A stretch of DNA of 62,966 nucleotides, filler included, from Pirum gemmata (taxonomy: Eukaryota): NCBI GenBank assembly GCA_002812295.1. It is 11 parts of 11 records of this genome, joined end to end, with 100 filler letters (N's around TTAATTAATTAA, not from the genome) between each part and the next. Parts side by side here need not be neighbours in the genome. Positions count along the whole stretch, not along the records: positions 1 to 5,625 come from PDIN01000492.1; positions 5,726 to 11,290 come from PDIN01000493.1; positions 11,391 to 17,014 come from PDIN01000494.1; 8 more parts are not named here. One strand, given 5' to 3'. Positions within the stretch are counted from its first letter, which is position 1. Every line of letters begins with the position of its first letter. The notes below the pieces were generated by a model that was not told the DNA's origin, made no database searches, and saw only the letters and a program-made list of their open reading frames with translations. This document shows, in pieces, positions 1-13,879 of this stretch. The translations under genes and the position numbers were made by a program.

Positions 1-36
1 TTATTATTATTATTATTATTATATCAAAAATAATAC

Positions 37-255
37 TTGAAAGCACTGTTCATAAAGCATTCCTTTTCCGAAATCTTCAAAAATAAAGCTTGAGTCAAGA
101 GTTTTAAATTTACGAAGCCATAAATTTTTGTTTCCCTCAATAGATTTGAGCCATAATTTATTAACGCAGAGGCAACAGTAAGTGACAGCATCATCAACCA
201 GGTACTTTAATACGCAGTTTACAAAAAAGCATTGTTCGCTATAGTATAAGGACAT
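37..255 (-). CDS. First exon of a probable F-box-like protein (rest of gene lies outside the window)
   Basis: ATG at 255. Peptide MSLYYSEQCFFVNCVLKYLVDDAVTYCCLCVNKLWLKSIEGNKNLW follows the F-box pattern (..YL....VxKxW......LW). 73 codons end at a phase-0 GT donor (CAA|GTATTA), followed by (AAT)n intron-like sequence. Confidence 0.5.
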
Positions 256-1474
256 TGTAATTAAGCATGAATACTGCAAAAAATGGTGTCAAAATGGTTA
301 TTCACCTGAATATTTTATACTATTTTATCATTATCCATAGTATGCTTCTCATAATAATTATTTTAGAGTTATTATATATCACAGACCCACAACATAGTTT
401 TACGAGTAGAACCTTGTAGACTGTGTGAATTTTTGAATATTTTAAATAATATTTATAAACGGTTACTCTTGAACTTCATACGATATATGTGATTTTATAT
501 GCGAATTTATGGATGTGAATTTGTGAGGTGTTTGTGAAGTTTTTTGAAAAATATTTTTTTAAATAGGGTTACACTAAATTTATAATATTATGATAATATC
601 ATAATATTATGAATCTATGATAAACCTACGTATGATAAAGTTATGATAATTTGATAAACAGTATTTTTTTCTTGTATCATATCATATTATTATGTTTGTT
701 TGTTGTTGCGCTTTTTTCCGGACAGGGAACGAAAAAAGAAAAAAAACAGACTAAAATTTGCAGGGTCTATTTTTTTTGGAAATTTTCGAGATAGCGGCCA
801 TATTAATGGGTCATTCATGTCACGTGATAGTGGGACACCAACCAAAGTACGTAGTTCCCGTAGTTTCACTGTTGTTTGAACTTGTTTCTTACATTTAGAG
901 AGGAAAAAGGCTAAAAAAGGGAAAATAGAGAAAAAAGCAAAATTCATTTGAAAATTGTAGAAACAAACATGATTCGAAACCAATAAATCCATTCAATCAT
1001 TATTTCGATCAGTTTTAATAATACTTAATTGGTCGTATTAAAAAACGGCTATGGCGATCGAAATTCCAAAAGTTAGTTCAAGCCGAGATTTCGAGCTCTC
1101 TAGACAACCCTCCATTGGCTAAAAGGAGTGTTTATTTTTTAAAAATTTTGAATTTTTTCTTTTTTGATCGATAAAAATATGCAAATCGAACCTATATAAA
1201 AAACTCGAAATGGGCTAGGGAACACTTAGGGAACACTATTTTTTAAAAAAAAATACCATCATAGTATCATAGTCTACTTTCGGGGGTAAATTGACTAAAA
1301 ATACAGCCAAAAAATATATTTTATAGCGCTATTTTATATATAGGAAGCTATGATAAGCAAAACCCTGAATTTTTTTTATTTACAGGGAAACTAAAACTAA
1401 ATTCGCAAAAGCGCTTTCACGAATCACAATGATGAGTAAACCCAAGTAAACCACCAAATCAGATAGACCCTAAA

Positions 1475-1517
<43 letters not shown>

Positions 1518-1789
1518 CAAGTAAGTGTTGTGCATACGATAAGTATACGATATCATAGTTAGCTAATCATAGTAAAAAAAATCTTCACACACTGACAGTT
1601 ACTGTAAGTTAGTCTACAAAATAAAATTATAATAAAACCTGAAGGAACAATTAAAGTTAAAAGTAAAAAAACGGTACCTTTGTAAATGCTAGTAGGAAAC
1701 CTGTTAAAAATGTTATAAGTATTAATTAATAGAACAAAATCAGTTGAAATATTTTGGTTGAAATAAAGGTTATAGAACCTGGAGCTGAA

Positions 1790-4700
1790 GGAACTGTATG
1801 TATCGATCCCTAGTAGCTACTAGGTATTAATATCAATATGTATATCTCTATACCCGACACATGTATTAATATATCGCTACACAATGTATTATTATATATA
1901 TTATTTCACATCGACTCACACTCTTGATAGATGGAGTCGATATATGGATCATACACCATCCAATATTAAAATACAACAGGTCTTATTAGGGGTCTAGCTA
2001 GCAGCTCTAGCTGGGGTCTACTTGCTATCGATAGCTACATTTTAGAAGATGAGTCAGACTAGCTAGCTAGCTAGAGTTACATAGTAAAACTAGTGTAAAA
2101 CTGCTTTATATAGTTAAATACGTATCTAAAGTATCATACTATTTTAAAATACTTATACTTAGATATACTACCCGGTATCATATAAGTAGAGAAACTTTGT
2201 GATTTGAACAGTATTATAGAATCTAGTCCTAGTATAGAATGCAATTTTCTAGATGCAATTACTATATGATAGTATTACTATGCAATTTCTCCCTGGAAAT
2301 AGTTCTGGAAATTATGTAAATTATGGCTAGAAAACTATTAGGGTATTGTAGCTGTATTGTGTTAAAAAAAATTTGATACAAGATTTAATATGTTCGATTA
2401 TGATCTTATTTTTGAGAATTGTATGGGATACCGGTAGCTACTACTGGCTCTAGCTAATAGTAGCTATGATATGACACTAGCTGGCTATGATACCCTTGGT
2501 TACTACTAGTCTATCGTGCTTTTCAGTTGTGTTTTGTCATCAAAAAATATACAATAAAGAGTACCAAATTAATACCATATAAATCTATTTCATTTAATTT
2601 GGTATATTATATTATCCATTTATTCATTTAAAAATGTCAACTTAAATATTATAACCAACCAAATAAATATTCAGAGTGACAAAATAAATGAAAAGCACTA
2701 TACTAGCTAGCTAGCCTTGGTAGCATCATTTGATTCAGGTTTTTGGCTGCTACTGAGTTCGTATGTCATACGACTACTGTTGCCGTTTTATGATACTATC
2801 TGATAGTTTGCATAATATATCGACAATATTAATCACTCATGATAGCGACGTGGTAAAGTTGGCAGGTAGTCTACTATGATATATAATATGATATATGTAG
2901 AGTCTGTAGAGAGCCGGTAATACTAACGTAGGGAAAGTATTATTATTAGTCTACTTTTAAATTTTGAGGCTAATTAGACTATATTATTTATAATTATATG
3001 GGTTATATGATGTATATCATAATATAATATTGTATATGTATATTTGTCAAGAGAGAAAAGAATAAAAAATTTAATAATAATAATAAGTATTGCTAGTTGT
3101 ATTGCTATAATAAGCGAGGAGAGAAAAATATCATAATATATAAAAAAGGAAAGAGAAAGATGGTAAAAAAAAAAATTGTTGGAAGTTGAACTTGAAAAAG
3201 CTACTAGAGGGCTAATAATAGCTATTGGGGGGGATACCTAGCTCTGGGGGATAGGCCCGGATAGTAGTATTTTATACCTTGAGTATTATACTATCAGATA
3301 CTAGCTAGCTAGCTAGTACTACTGGATAGCTAAGAGTTAGCTAAGCTGAGCTAGCTAGTAGGCAATTTGGCCTGACAATTTGGCCTATGCAATTTGGCAT
3401 TTTGAAACTATTTTGAACAGTGAATTGCAATTTGGCAATTATTGGCATTTTAGTGAAATCCAAATATGGGCAATATAAAAAAATGGCCATACATTGAGGT
3501 CACTGTATTAAAAATTGTCCTTTAGTGGAAGGTAAGTGGTGCAGACACTGTAGCCAGAACTAAGTAGAAAACTACCGTCACACCACACCACTATCATCTA
3601 CTCTAGCTAGCTAGCTAGAGGACTAGACTATAGACCTAGTTAGGTAGAACTACCGCTGGCTAGCCAGCTACTAGTAGCTGCTGTGGGTAGGGGTCTGCCC
3701 TAGCTAGACTATGATAGCTATGATAGTACTATCATATGATATACATGCTAGATTGATACATATATACATGTATCGATGAGGCATATTCCACCACTGATTC
3801 GGTACCAGGTACATATTTGACTCGTATATATTATATTATATGATATATATCATCAAAGACCAATATGTTAAACCCTAAACCCTATGATACTATGGTAGCT
3901 ACGTATACTTGTAGATGATAACTCTAGGATGACAACTACTAGCTAGTTAGTTAGAGAGTACCAGAGTAAATCAGAGTAACTATGATGGTCATAGGTAACA
4001 TAGCTAGCTAGCTAGCTAGTAGTTATCGATAGCATACAGCGATAGCATAATGCATAATGCATAGATGGGGGGAGACTCTGCGGAAGAGTCCTACTACTAG
4101 CTAGCTAGCTAGCTATCATACTAGCTTGAGTACGACCCTACTACTATCTACTACTATCATAGAGTATCATAGAGTATCATAGCTAGTTAGGGGTTAGAGG
4201 CTAGCTAGATTATGGGTTAGAGGGGTGTTAGAGGGTCCTAGTAGCTATCATAGCTAGTTAGTTAGAGGGTTAGTCTGGCACCTCATCGGCGGACCTAGCT
4301 AGCTAGCTACTAGCTAGTAGTAGGTCTGGCACAGTTGAGTGGCACTGGTCTCGTCAGTTGACTGGAAACAGTGGAAAGCACGGTCCGGAAAGCACTGGAA
4401 AGTGGAAACTGAGCCTCACGCTGCCTCAGACTCTCAGTGGAGGAGACTGTAAAAAAAAAAAAAAAAGGGGGAAAAAAACTAAAAATTTGCCAAAAAAAAA
4501 AATATATTTTATTTTATTATATCTATATTCATATGTATATAATTATTATGCCAGTAGTGTATAATATGTATATTGTATAATGCTAGCTAGGTGTATAATA
4601 ATGAGTGTATAATGTATATTATAAAAATAAATATAAAAAATACCACATGTTATATCAGCTAAGGTAGTACTAGCTAAAGTAGCTATCATGCTATCGATAA
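1790..4700. repeat. Gene-free low-complexity tract built from TAGC/CTAG/TATGATA/TACTAC motifs
   Basis: Dense (TAGC)n, ATCATAG, TATGATA and ACTACT runs with no credible ORF. Confidence 0.75.
2515..2699 (+). mobile_element. MITE family A, copy 1 (about 185 bp, TIR GTGCTTTTCA...TGAAAAGCAC)
   Basis: Terminal inverted repeats flanked by AT. Internal sequence is shared with five other copies in the window. Confidence 0.85.
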
Positions 4701-5625
4701 TCTACTGTAATAGTGCTGGTAATGAGTCTTGTGACAATTAACAGACTTTTAAATCATAATAATATAGACTTTATTAAAAAAATTATTTTTTTTTTTGAAG
4801 TGTGATAATCATAATTATTATTGTATGTGATATTAATAATAATAAGCAGTATTTATTTTAATATTTATTTATATTAAAAAATCAAACTAACCGTTATCGA
4901 TCACATTATGACATATTTCATAGGGTGTTGAGGTTTAAAGATTTAAAATAATAAAATTTATGATGAAGTGCATGATAAGTAATTTTTATTTTAAAACATA
5001 CAATCTAACATAATATCGATATCACTCACTTAGTAAGCAGCTTTATTTTTATTTCGTATACGTAATTATAAAAATTATAATTTTATATAATAATAAAAAA
5101 CATAGAAAATTAATTAATATTGTTATAATTAATAATATTAATATATAAAATTATTCATAACGTTATGTTATAAAAAAATAAATTATAAACAAGACTGCAG
5201 CTGGGTTAATCTTTATGACAATGTATTCGTGGATAATAACTAATTAAATTACAATCTATATAGGTAGTATCAATTCAATAAAATTATAATTATGATAACA
5301 TAATTCCTAGATTTTGATTTTTGATTTTTGAAAAATATTTTGTTTATGCTTGAGTTCTTGTAACACTACTATGTAAAATCTAGTCCTTGTAATTGTTTAT
5401 TAAAATTAAGGTTCCTGTATTTATAATACAGTGTCATCTATGTATAGTATTGATATATACATCAGATATGATATATGATAGTAGGGTTAGTTCAAAAAAG
5501 TTTTTTTTTTTTTGGTTTTTTTCTAAAGTTTTAACAATCTAGTTTATTTGTAGTATATATGGAATGAAAGTTAAAATTAAAAAATAAATAAAATAAAATA
5601 AAATAAAATAATTTTTAACAAAATT

Positions 5626-5725
5626 NNNNNNNNNNNNNNNNNNNNNNNNNNNNNNNNNNNNNNNNNNNNTTAATTAATTAANNNNNNNNNNNNNNNNNNN
5701 NNNNNNNNNNNNNNNNNNNNNNNNN
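5626..5725. other. Artificial contig linker N44-TTAATTAATTAA-N44. Identical linkers at 11291-11390, 17015-17114, 22950-23049, 28670-28769, 34479-34578, 40196-40295, 45892-45991, 51577-51676 and 57244-57343
   Basis: Ten identical 100-bp spacers carrying stops in all six frames, separating contigs of about 5.6-5.8 kb. Confidence 0.97.
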
Positions 5726-8700
5726 ATAATAATAATAATAATAATAGTAATAGTAACAGCAATAATAAAGGTAATGGTTTTTTCGGCAATAGTCAACAAT
5801 CACGTAATGTTAAGATCCTCTTTTTAACTGCAACTGGTTTCGGTTTTATGATTGGGATACTAAAAGTATTTCATTCTCTATGGGCCCTTTCATCCCTTTC
5901 CTTTTTAGACGAAGACAAAAGAGAATTTAAAAAGAGTAAACCATTCTCCAAAAGTTCTTTAAAGGAAGCCGAATTTCAAAGTTCATTATGGAAAGAGCAT
6001 CATAAAAAGGTAGTTGGTCTTTGTTCAGTTTATCTCTGGTTATTATAAAAATAATGATATTGCAACAATTGCAAAATTATAATACAAAATTTATATATAT
6101 ATATTTAATTAAACTACATAAAAAAATAAAAAATAAAAAATCAACCCCCCCTCCCCCAAACAATAAAGCTCACGTGTTACTTTGCTGCAACAAAAAAAAT
6201 CATAAATAAACAATAGCACAATAACATACAATAACATATAATAACATACAATAACATACAAGAACATACAAGAACATACACAAGAATACATCCAAGAATA
6301 AAATAATATAATGAGAAAGAGCAGAGCAATAACGAAACAATGCAACAATACAACAACGAAAAACAAATAAAGGTACAACTAAATAAAAACCAATGATAAT
6401 ATAGCGCAATGAACAGCAAATATTTTCACAGTGAAACAACTAATTAAACACCCAAACTAACATTTTACATTTTATGAAACAATTTTGAGGTTGGTCAATC
6501 AATTCCGGAAATGTATTATCCTAGTCAAAGCTTTGATTATGTCAATGAGTTTTGTGAGCCATCTCTTAGTTTGCTTTTTCAATCTTTTGACCGAAGCGTT
6601 AGGGATTTCGCTATTGTTTATTATATAATGACACAGTATTTTTGTAAGTCTTATTAGTGAAAATTTTCAATTCCTAATTACTTTTTTCTTTTTTTCCTAA
6701 AATAAAAACAAAAACCCCATGTGCCAAACTGAAGAATGTTCATTTTAATATCTCGTATCAATTTTTGAGGTTAGGGCTTAAATTTATTTGTGTTGGATAT
6801 TTTAAATTTAGGTATATACTAAACCAGTATGATTTTTTTAGGGGCCCATGTATTCAAGGCTGACGCTACATGGGAAGATGTACACAGCAAGGGAGCCCAC
6901 TGCTTGTTGCGTTTGAGCTGTGCTAATAAAGGTGAAAATTTTGAGGAAATTATATATATTGTTATATGTATATATTGTTTTAGGGTAATAAAATTATGTG
7001 CGGTTTAGATTTGTATGTATCGATTTCGCTAGTACATTACACTGTTGAATTTCTTTGTTCCTAAAAAGCACATTGACATGATTGGATTAATGAAATATTG
7101 TATTGTATAGGTATATATATTAAGTTTGCTCAGCACATTGCTCAGTTGGATTACTTTGTTCCTAAAGAATATATCGAAATTTTAAAACCTATGATGCACA
7201 AAGCACCGATAGATACATTTGACCAGGTTATCCATGTTTTCCCCTATTTTTAACCAAGGCTTATATAAAACTTACACTACCCACCATATAAATTTTGAAA
7301 CAAACCAGGCGTAACTCGTATATGTTTTAGCTTTCTTTTTGTTCTTACCAAGGTTTGTATACTCAATTCCCGTTTCCAAATATACAGGTTCGTAAAGTAA
7401 TCGAGGAAGACTTTGGAAAACCAGTTGAAAGCTTGTTTTCTCATTTTGACCCCTGTCCTATCGCATCGGCCTCTTTAGCACAGGTACATACTGGCATATT
7501 AATTTTGCTATATTTTAACTCTTTTAAAGGAGTTTTTTTAAAAAATTTAATTTATACGTATAGTATATATTCGATGTTATAATTTTAATAGATTTCTAGA
7601 GCTACTATTTGTTAAAAAAAAAATTTATAACCTAATGCAAGTTCAGAAAAAGGAAAAATTTTAATTTTTTTAAGTACAAAAGTTCAAACAGTCTTCAGTC
7701 TAACAAGAAACACATTCTCTAGGTACACATAGCTTATTTATTAGATGGAAGAAAAGTAGCTGTTAAAGTACAACACGCAGGGATACGTGAAAATTCCGAT
7801 GCTGATATTTTCACTGTGCGGGTTCTTTCTAATATTGTTCACAAAATATTTCCCAGGTTTGACTATCAATGGCTAGTAGACGAGGTTCTTATTTCTTTTT
7901 AATTTTTAATTTTTGAATTTTTCATATAATATTATCTGAATGGGTTTGTTATTTTAGTTATAAGTATGGCGATCATTCAATTGTGATTATTTTTTACTTG
8001 TTTATTGTAATGATTATTTTATTGATTATTGATTATATTGTTATGCATCACTGTTTCTTTAAGTTAACCTTTCACAAAAACTTTTTTCTCTCGAATTTAC
8101 TTGTCTTTTACCATATTTACAATATCTATACATATACATTAGCTGGTTATAAGCACATGTTACTATTTATTACAGGTTACGGTGTAGTTGTCAGAACCCT
8201 CCCTCTCCTTTTTTGCTCCAGCTTTTTTTACATCATTAATATTATTCTTTTTACTACAGATACAGAGAAATCTACCTCTGGAACTTGATTTTCTTCACGA
8301 GGCAAGAAATACAGAAATTAGCAGGGAGAAATTCAAACATCATGAAAATGTCATTATTCCAATGGTTTGTCATTGTATATTAAAAAAACTTTTTTTGTCT
8401 TCCTTTGTTTTTGTGTGCCCAGCTAATCGTATAATTGTAAACAGGTTGAATGGGACTTATCTTCTCATCGTGTTTTAACCATGCAATTTTTGAATGGGTA
8501 AGCGCTTACATATATTCATGATTCAGTTGTTCATTTGTGTCAATCTGTGCCGGTGCTACTTTATTATTTCCTGGTGCTTATAAATATTAAACATGTTCTT
8601 GTTATCATTTTATTCTTTGCAGATGCCACATAAACGATACTGAAAATTTCAAAGAGCTGAATATTGAACCTCGGGATGTTTCCACTATAGTTTCAAATTT

Positions 8701-9809
8701 ATTTAATGATATGATTTTTAATTTGGGATACTTGCACTGTGACCCTCATGTAATGCTCTTTGTAAAATTTCTTTAGTTTCGTTTATTTTTTTACTATACT
8801 TTCTGTATTTGATTATTTAGTGATTTTGCTATTTTATTGTTTGCTTATTTGCTTATTTGCTTATTTGCTTATTTGCTTATTTGCTTATTTGCTTATTTGC
8901 TTATTTGTTTATTTGTTTATTTGCTTATTTCCTCGTTTACTTATTTGCCAGTTTGCTTACTCGGCTATTTGACCATTTGATTATTTGACCATTTGATTAT
9001 TTGACTATTTGACTATTTGACTATTTGACTATTTGGCTATTTGGCTATTTGGCTATTTTGGCTATTTGGCTATTTGGCTATTTGGCTATTTGGCTATTTG
9101 GCTATTTGGCTATTTGGCTATTTGGCTATTTGGCTATTTGGCTATTTGTTGTTTGACTTCTTTTTTTTTTTTTTTGCTTGTAGTTTGTATTTTTCATTGT
9201 GTCGTGTCTAGGCTACTAGTTTTTTGCAGTTGATATTTTTCTTTTTCTGGTTGCCTTCTTTTTTAATTGCTTGGCTGCTTATTCATTTAGTTTTTGCAAT
9301 TGCCATTATGTTTATTTTGATTGTTTGGATTTAGTAATATGACTTGTTTTTAATTAATATTATGAAAAAGGCAGGGAATATTTTGGTGACAAAACAAAAT
9401 GGCAAATCGATGGTCATGCTTTTAGACCATGGCCTTTATAGGTAATTTGTTTGTATTGATGTTTTATTTGATGACCACTTGATTTATTTTAATTCAATAG
9501 AACCTTTGCATTGTAGAGTCTAAGTTTGTATATACCTGATCTTCCTGTTGTTTTTCTGTACTTCTTTAACCAAGTTTTTTTCCATATTAACAGTTGGATT
9601 CTGTTTATACTTTTACTTTGAATCACCACTGATATTTTATATCCCTTTGTTTGATTTGTAACTCGTAAGGGAGCTAGACGATGTATTCCGACTTGACTAT
9701 TCTAGGTTGTGGTTGTCTGTTGTGTATGCTGACTTAAGTGGAATAAAAAGATACAGTGAAAAAATGGGAATAAGAGATATGCATCAGGTATCTTTTTTAG
9801 AGCTATTTT

Positions 9810-9844
<35 letters not shown>

Positions 9845-10287
9845 CGACTCAATTTAACAATACAGGAATTTGTGTGGTTTTGTTTTGTTTTTCTTTCTTT
9901 TTGAAAAAACTGGGTTTTTTTTGCTTTTTTTATTTTTTTTTTTGATTAATCTCAATACAACTTGATACAACTTGATATGTTTTACCATACATTTTTTGTA
10001 TTTATTTGTTCCAATTTTTTGAATATTAGCTAGTTATATTGTATTATCATTATTATAGGTATAGGTATTGAATTTTTTTTATTTTTTTAGTGGGAATCTG
10101 TAGAGTGTTTATTTTTCCTATCGCTTTTTTTATTCTTATTGCTTTTTATTACCACTATTATTGTTTGACAATTTTTATCATTATTATAATCTGTTTCATT
10201 TTAACTTATAGCTGCTAACCTCGATTTTAACTTCAAAACCATGGGATACAGTTATAAAAACGGACTTGAATGGAATAGAATCCGAAG
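5726..10287 (+). CDS. ADCK1: ABC1/UbiB (aarF-domain, ADCK1-like) atypical protein kinase, partial, 12 exons: 5726-6009, 6490-6643, 6842-6931, 7111-7226, 7388-7483, 7723-7884, 8260-8364, 8445-8497, 8623-8749, 9371-9441, 9670-9787, 10212-10287
   Basis: GT-AG splicing keeps frame and yields NKGIYIKFAQHIA (KxGQ-like), PIASASLAQVH, VAVKVQH, ELDFLHEARN, LHCDPHAGN and LLDHGLY, all ABC1-kinase motifs in order. The 5' start and C-terminal exons are not visible. Confidence 0.92.
8840..9147 (+). repeat. Intronic 8-bp minisatellite grading from (TTATTTGC)n through (TATTTGAC)n to (TATTTGGC)n
   Basis: Directly visible tandem units inside ADCK intron 9. Confidence 0.9.
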
Positions 10288-10789
10288 GTATCTATTTTTT
10301 TTATAAAAGAGTTTTTAAATAGTAAACCCATTTTTTTTTTCGTTGATTTTTTTATTAGTTTGTTTGTTTCTTAACTATTTTTTACTTAAGAAAAAATTGT
10401 TATGCATCGGAAGTTTCTTTATTATTATTATTATTATTATTATTGTTATTATTATTGAAAATAAGCTATGAAGTAATAAAGGACGGAATCAGGATAATGA
10501 CAGAATAATCAATTTATCGAGTATATATATATATATGAATATGTTTTTGAAGTATATATATGTGGACCCAAGATGTGGGTCTTTCAGTTCTTTTGTATGC
10601 ATGATAACCACGATAAAAAATAACGGAATCTTTAGTTGTTGTTTTTTATAATAAAACACTAAAAAGGTGCTGATAACGTGTTGATATCGATATCGTTTAA
10701 ATGCTTTAAAGTATAAAACCCAAATTATTTATGAGCATTTTATTATGAAAAAACAGCTAAAGATTCTGTAATTTGTCATCGAAGTTATC

Positions 10790-10838
<49 letters not shown>

Positions 10839-10896
10839 TACGATAGATAGATTCTTCCGTCGCCATGTCGATTACGTCATTTAGTGTATTTCAACA

Positions 10897-10953
<57 letters not shown>

Positions 10954-11259
10954 TGTGAAAATCACTATAGTACTGTTTTTGTAAATGGAAAAGATATTGA
11001 TTTTGTTGAGATTCTTATTTGACAAGGCGATGTATTATATCACAATTGTTTTGTTTAAAATATTTATTAACTGTTTGATTGAATATATTTACGATTTGAA
11101 CAAAGATTTGGGTATGATTTTTGGTTTATCTGATGAGGAAAAGTTTTACTTTGTGTATGTTATATGTGAATGATATAATTTTGGTAGAAATGAACTTTAC
11201 TCCTACTACTTCCACTGCCATTATATTATCACTACTACTACTACTTTACTGCTACTGCT

Positions 11260-11290
<31 letters not shown>

Positions 11291-12159
11291 NNNNNNNNNN
11301 NNNNNNNNNNNNNNNNNNNNNNNNNNNNNNNNNNTTAATTAATTAANNNNNNNNNNNNNNNNNNNNNNNNNNNNNNNNNNNNNNNNNNNNCACTCCACAG
11401 ACTCCCCCCACCCACTCCCCACCCACTACTACTAGACTAGCCACTAGCTAGAGTCTAGAGTGCCACCCCTACCTCTAGCTAGCTATTATTTATGGTATCA
11501 TGCTGGTTTATATTTTATAGACCTAGCTAGGGAATTATGGAGAACAGGAGGTATTGTAGTTTGACGAGACCATTTTTTATTCCAACGGAACAAGCAAGTT
11601 CGTGATTAATTAAATTAGTATGGATATCATTATTACTATCGTAGCTAGCTATAGAATATTTTAACGCAACGTACATTTTCATACTTTTTCATAATAATAT
11701 CGATATTACTAGAATAATATTAGATACTTTAATTGATATTCTGACCTTCTATTATTAGGTGTGGCCTTATAAATTAATTCTATTGTTAATAATTATTATG
11801 ACTTTTTTTTAATATTATGTATCATAACTTCATAAGCACTTTTTTTAAACTTGTCACTTTTACAACTGATTTAATTGCTAATAAGATATTCGTATCTCGG
11901 CATAATATTTATAATCAATTAACCATCAATTAGACTATTAAAAAACTATGACTCTATGACTCGACTATGAGCCCTTTAATCAAATAGCCCTAGTAGTCTA
12001 CAGTTTTACAGCTTACAGCTTCCAAAGCTGCCAAACTTCAGCAGCCAAAGTGCTAGCTAAGTATAGCTAGTCTAGGCTGTCTAGCTAACTAATTTTTTTT
12101 TTTCAAAGAAAACCACTGAGAAGAAAACCAACAAGACATAATAAAAGAAATAATGTTAT

Positions 12160-12347
12160 AGTGCTTTTCAGTTATTTTGTCATTATAAAGTATACAATAA
12201 ATAGTTCCAAATTAATATAATAGAAATTCATTTAATCTAATTTAGTATAGTTTGTTATCTGTATATTTATTTAAAAGGGTCAATTTATTATAACCCTCCA
12301 AATAAATCAAATAAATATTCGGAGTGACAAAATAAATGAAATGCACG
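12160..12347 (+). mobile_element. MITE family A, copy 2
   Basis: AGTGCTTTTCA...TGAAATGCACG, AT-flanked, internal sequence like copy 1. Confidence 0.85.
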
Positions 12348-12528
12348 ATAACCTTTTCAAAATCTTTCACATTCCCACCAGAAGTCAAACTAAAATTTTC
12401 AAAACTAGACTTGAAAAAAAAATGGCTACTACTACAGTACTACTACTACTACAAAATAATACCAAATCCTAATAAAGTAAAAAACCATGCTTTTACAACT
12501 TTTGCACAATACCAAATTTTAATGCTAA

Positions 12529-12711
12529 GGGAACATTCATAAAATAAAGGACGTCACTTATTCTTTGATAGAAGTTATTACTCGAAAGTGTGACTTAAAC
12601 TGTTTTAGGCAGTAATTAATTATTAAAATGAACTTTAAAATTATGACCAAAAGTGTTTTGGACAAAGAGGCATTGGTAAGATTAGGTGACGTCCCTTTAT
12701 TGATGATTCCT
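12529..12711. mobile_element. Probable PIF/Harbinger-type MITE (GGGAACATTCATAAA..GGACGTCAC / GTGACGTCCCTTTAT..ATTCC); a second left end lies near 12768
   Basis: Imperfect inverted termini starting GGG after TAA/TTA; the left terminus recurs at 12768-12791. Confidence 0.5.
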
Positions 12712-12880
12712 ATCCTCAGGGATATCAACTCGTTTCTGGTATCATCTATAGACTAGCTAGACCCTTAGGGAACATTCATAAAGGACGTCACTTNTTTTTT
12801 CTTTCTTTTTTTTTTTTTTTTCAACTTTTTCTGTCAAAGATCATCAAGTTTTTGTTTTGTTTATGACGGTACATCATTAA

Positions 12881-13077
12881 AATGCTTTTCACTTATTTTG
12901 TTACTCTGAATATTTATTTGGTGGGTTATAACATTAAATTGATATGTTTCATAAATGAATATATAGATAATAAAACATACTAAATTAATACTAAATTAAA
13001 TTAAATGGTTTTATATTGTGTTAATCTGGTACTTTTTATCTGTATGTTTTATAATGACAAAACAACTGAATAGTATT
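12881..13077 (-). mobile_element. MITE family A, copy 3 (inverted, degenerate ends)
   Basis: Reverse complement of the family A internal sequence (TTATTTTGTTACTCTGAATATTTATTTGG...TGACAAAACAACTGAA). Confidence 0.8.
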
Positions 13078-13196
13078 ATTTATTTATTATAATAATAATA
13101 ATAAATAAAACACTGTAAAAGTGTAAATAAATAAAAATATATTATAAAAAAAATTAAAAAAATTAAAAAATATCTTTCTGATAACAAAATATGATA

Positions 13197-13230
<34 letters not shown>

Positions 13231-13879
13231 AAGTGGCCAACCACAGCATTTCAAAATCGGTCACAAAACAAAACAAAAAAAAATCCTCTGATCGTGGACC
13301 CGTGGTTGTCTAACACAGTCATTGTCTAACTGTCTACTATACGAGTGCCTATACGTGTATATAATAATATCATAGACTGCGTTTTCAGATTCAGATATCA
13401 TAATATATTATCAAAATCCGAAAATCGATATCAAAATAAAGAAAATAGACTGAAAATAGTGAGAAAATATAGTAAAAATATTATGATATTAGAAAAAATA
13501 GTTTTTTAAAACGCCATCCATCAAGTTTGGCATCAACCGAAAAAGAAACTATTTTTGTGAAGGTTGCTAACAGTGTGCTAACAGGAGGGATGAGATGACG
13601 TCATCTTACCAATTGGATGCTCGGACCGGCGAACTTCCAGAAATTTGCCTAAAGTTACTATAAATAGTATAATAAACTCTTTTTAAAGTAACTACTTAAA
13701 TAGGTAGTTACTAAATAAATAATTACAAATACTAAATATGGTAAGGCGAAACAGGCGAACAACATTTACTTTGTGCCTCGGTCAAAAAAGTTCGCCATAA
13801 GAGTTCTCACCCCTCCTCCCCTAACTAAAATAAAAAAATCATTTTTGAGATAAGCATTCTGGAAATGTTTACTACTACT

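Noticed and set aside
10985..11173. Further ADCK1 exon
   Set aside because: I could not recognise ABC1 C-terminal motifs or define confident splice sites.
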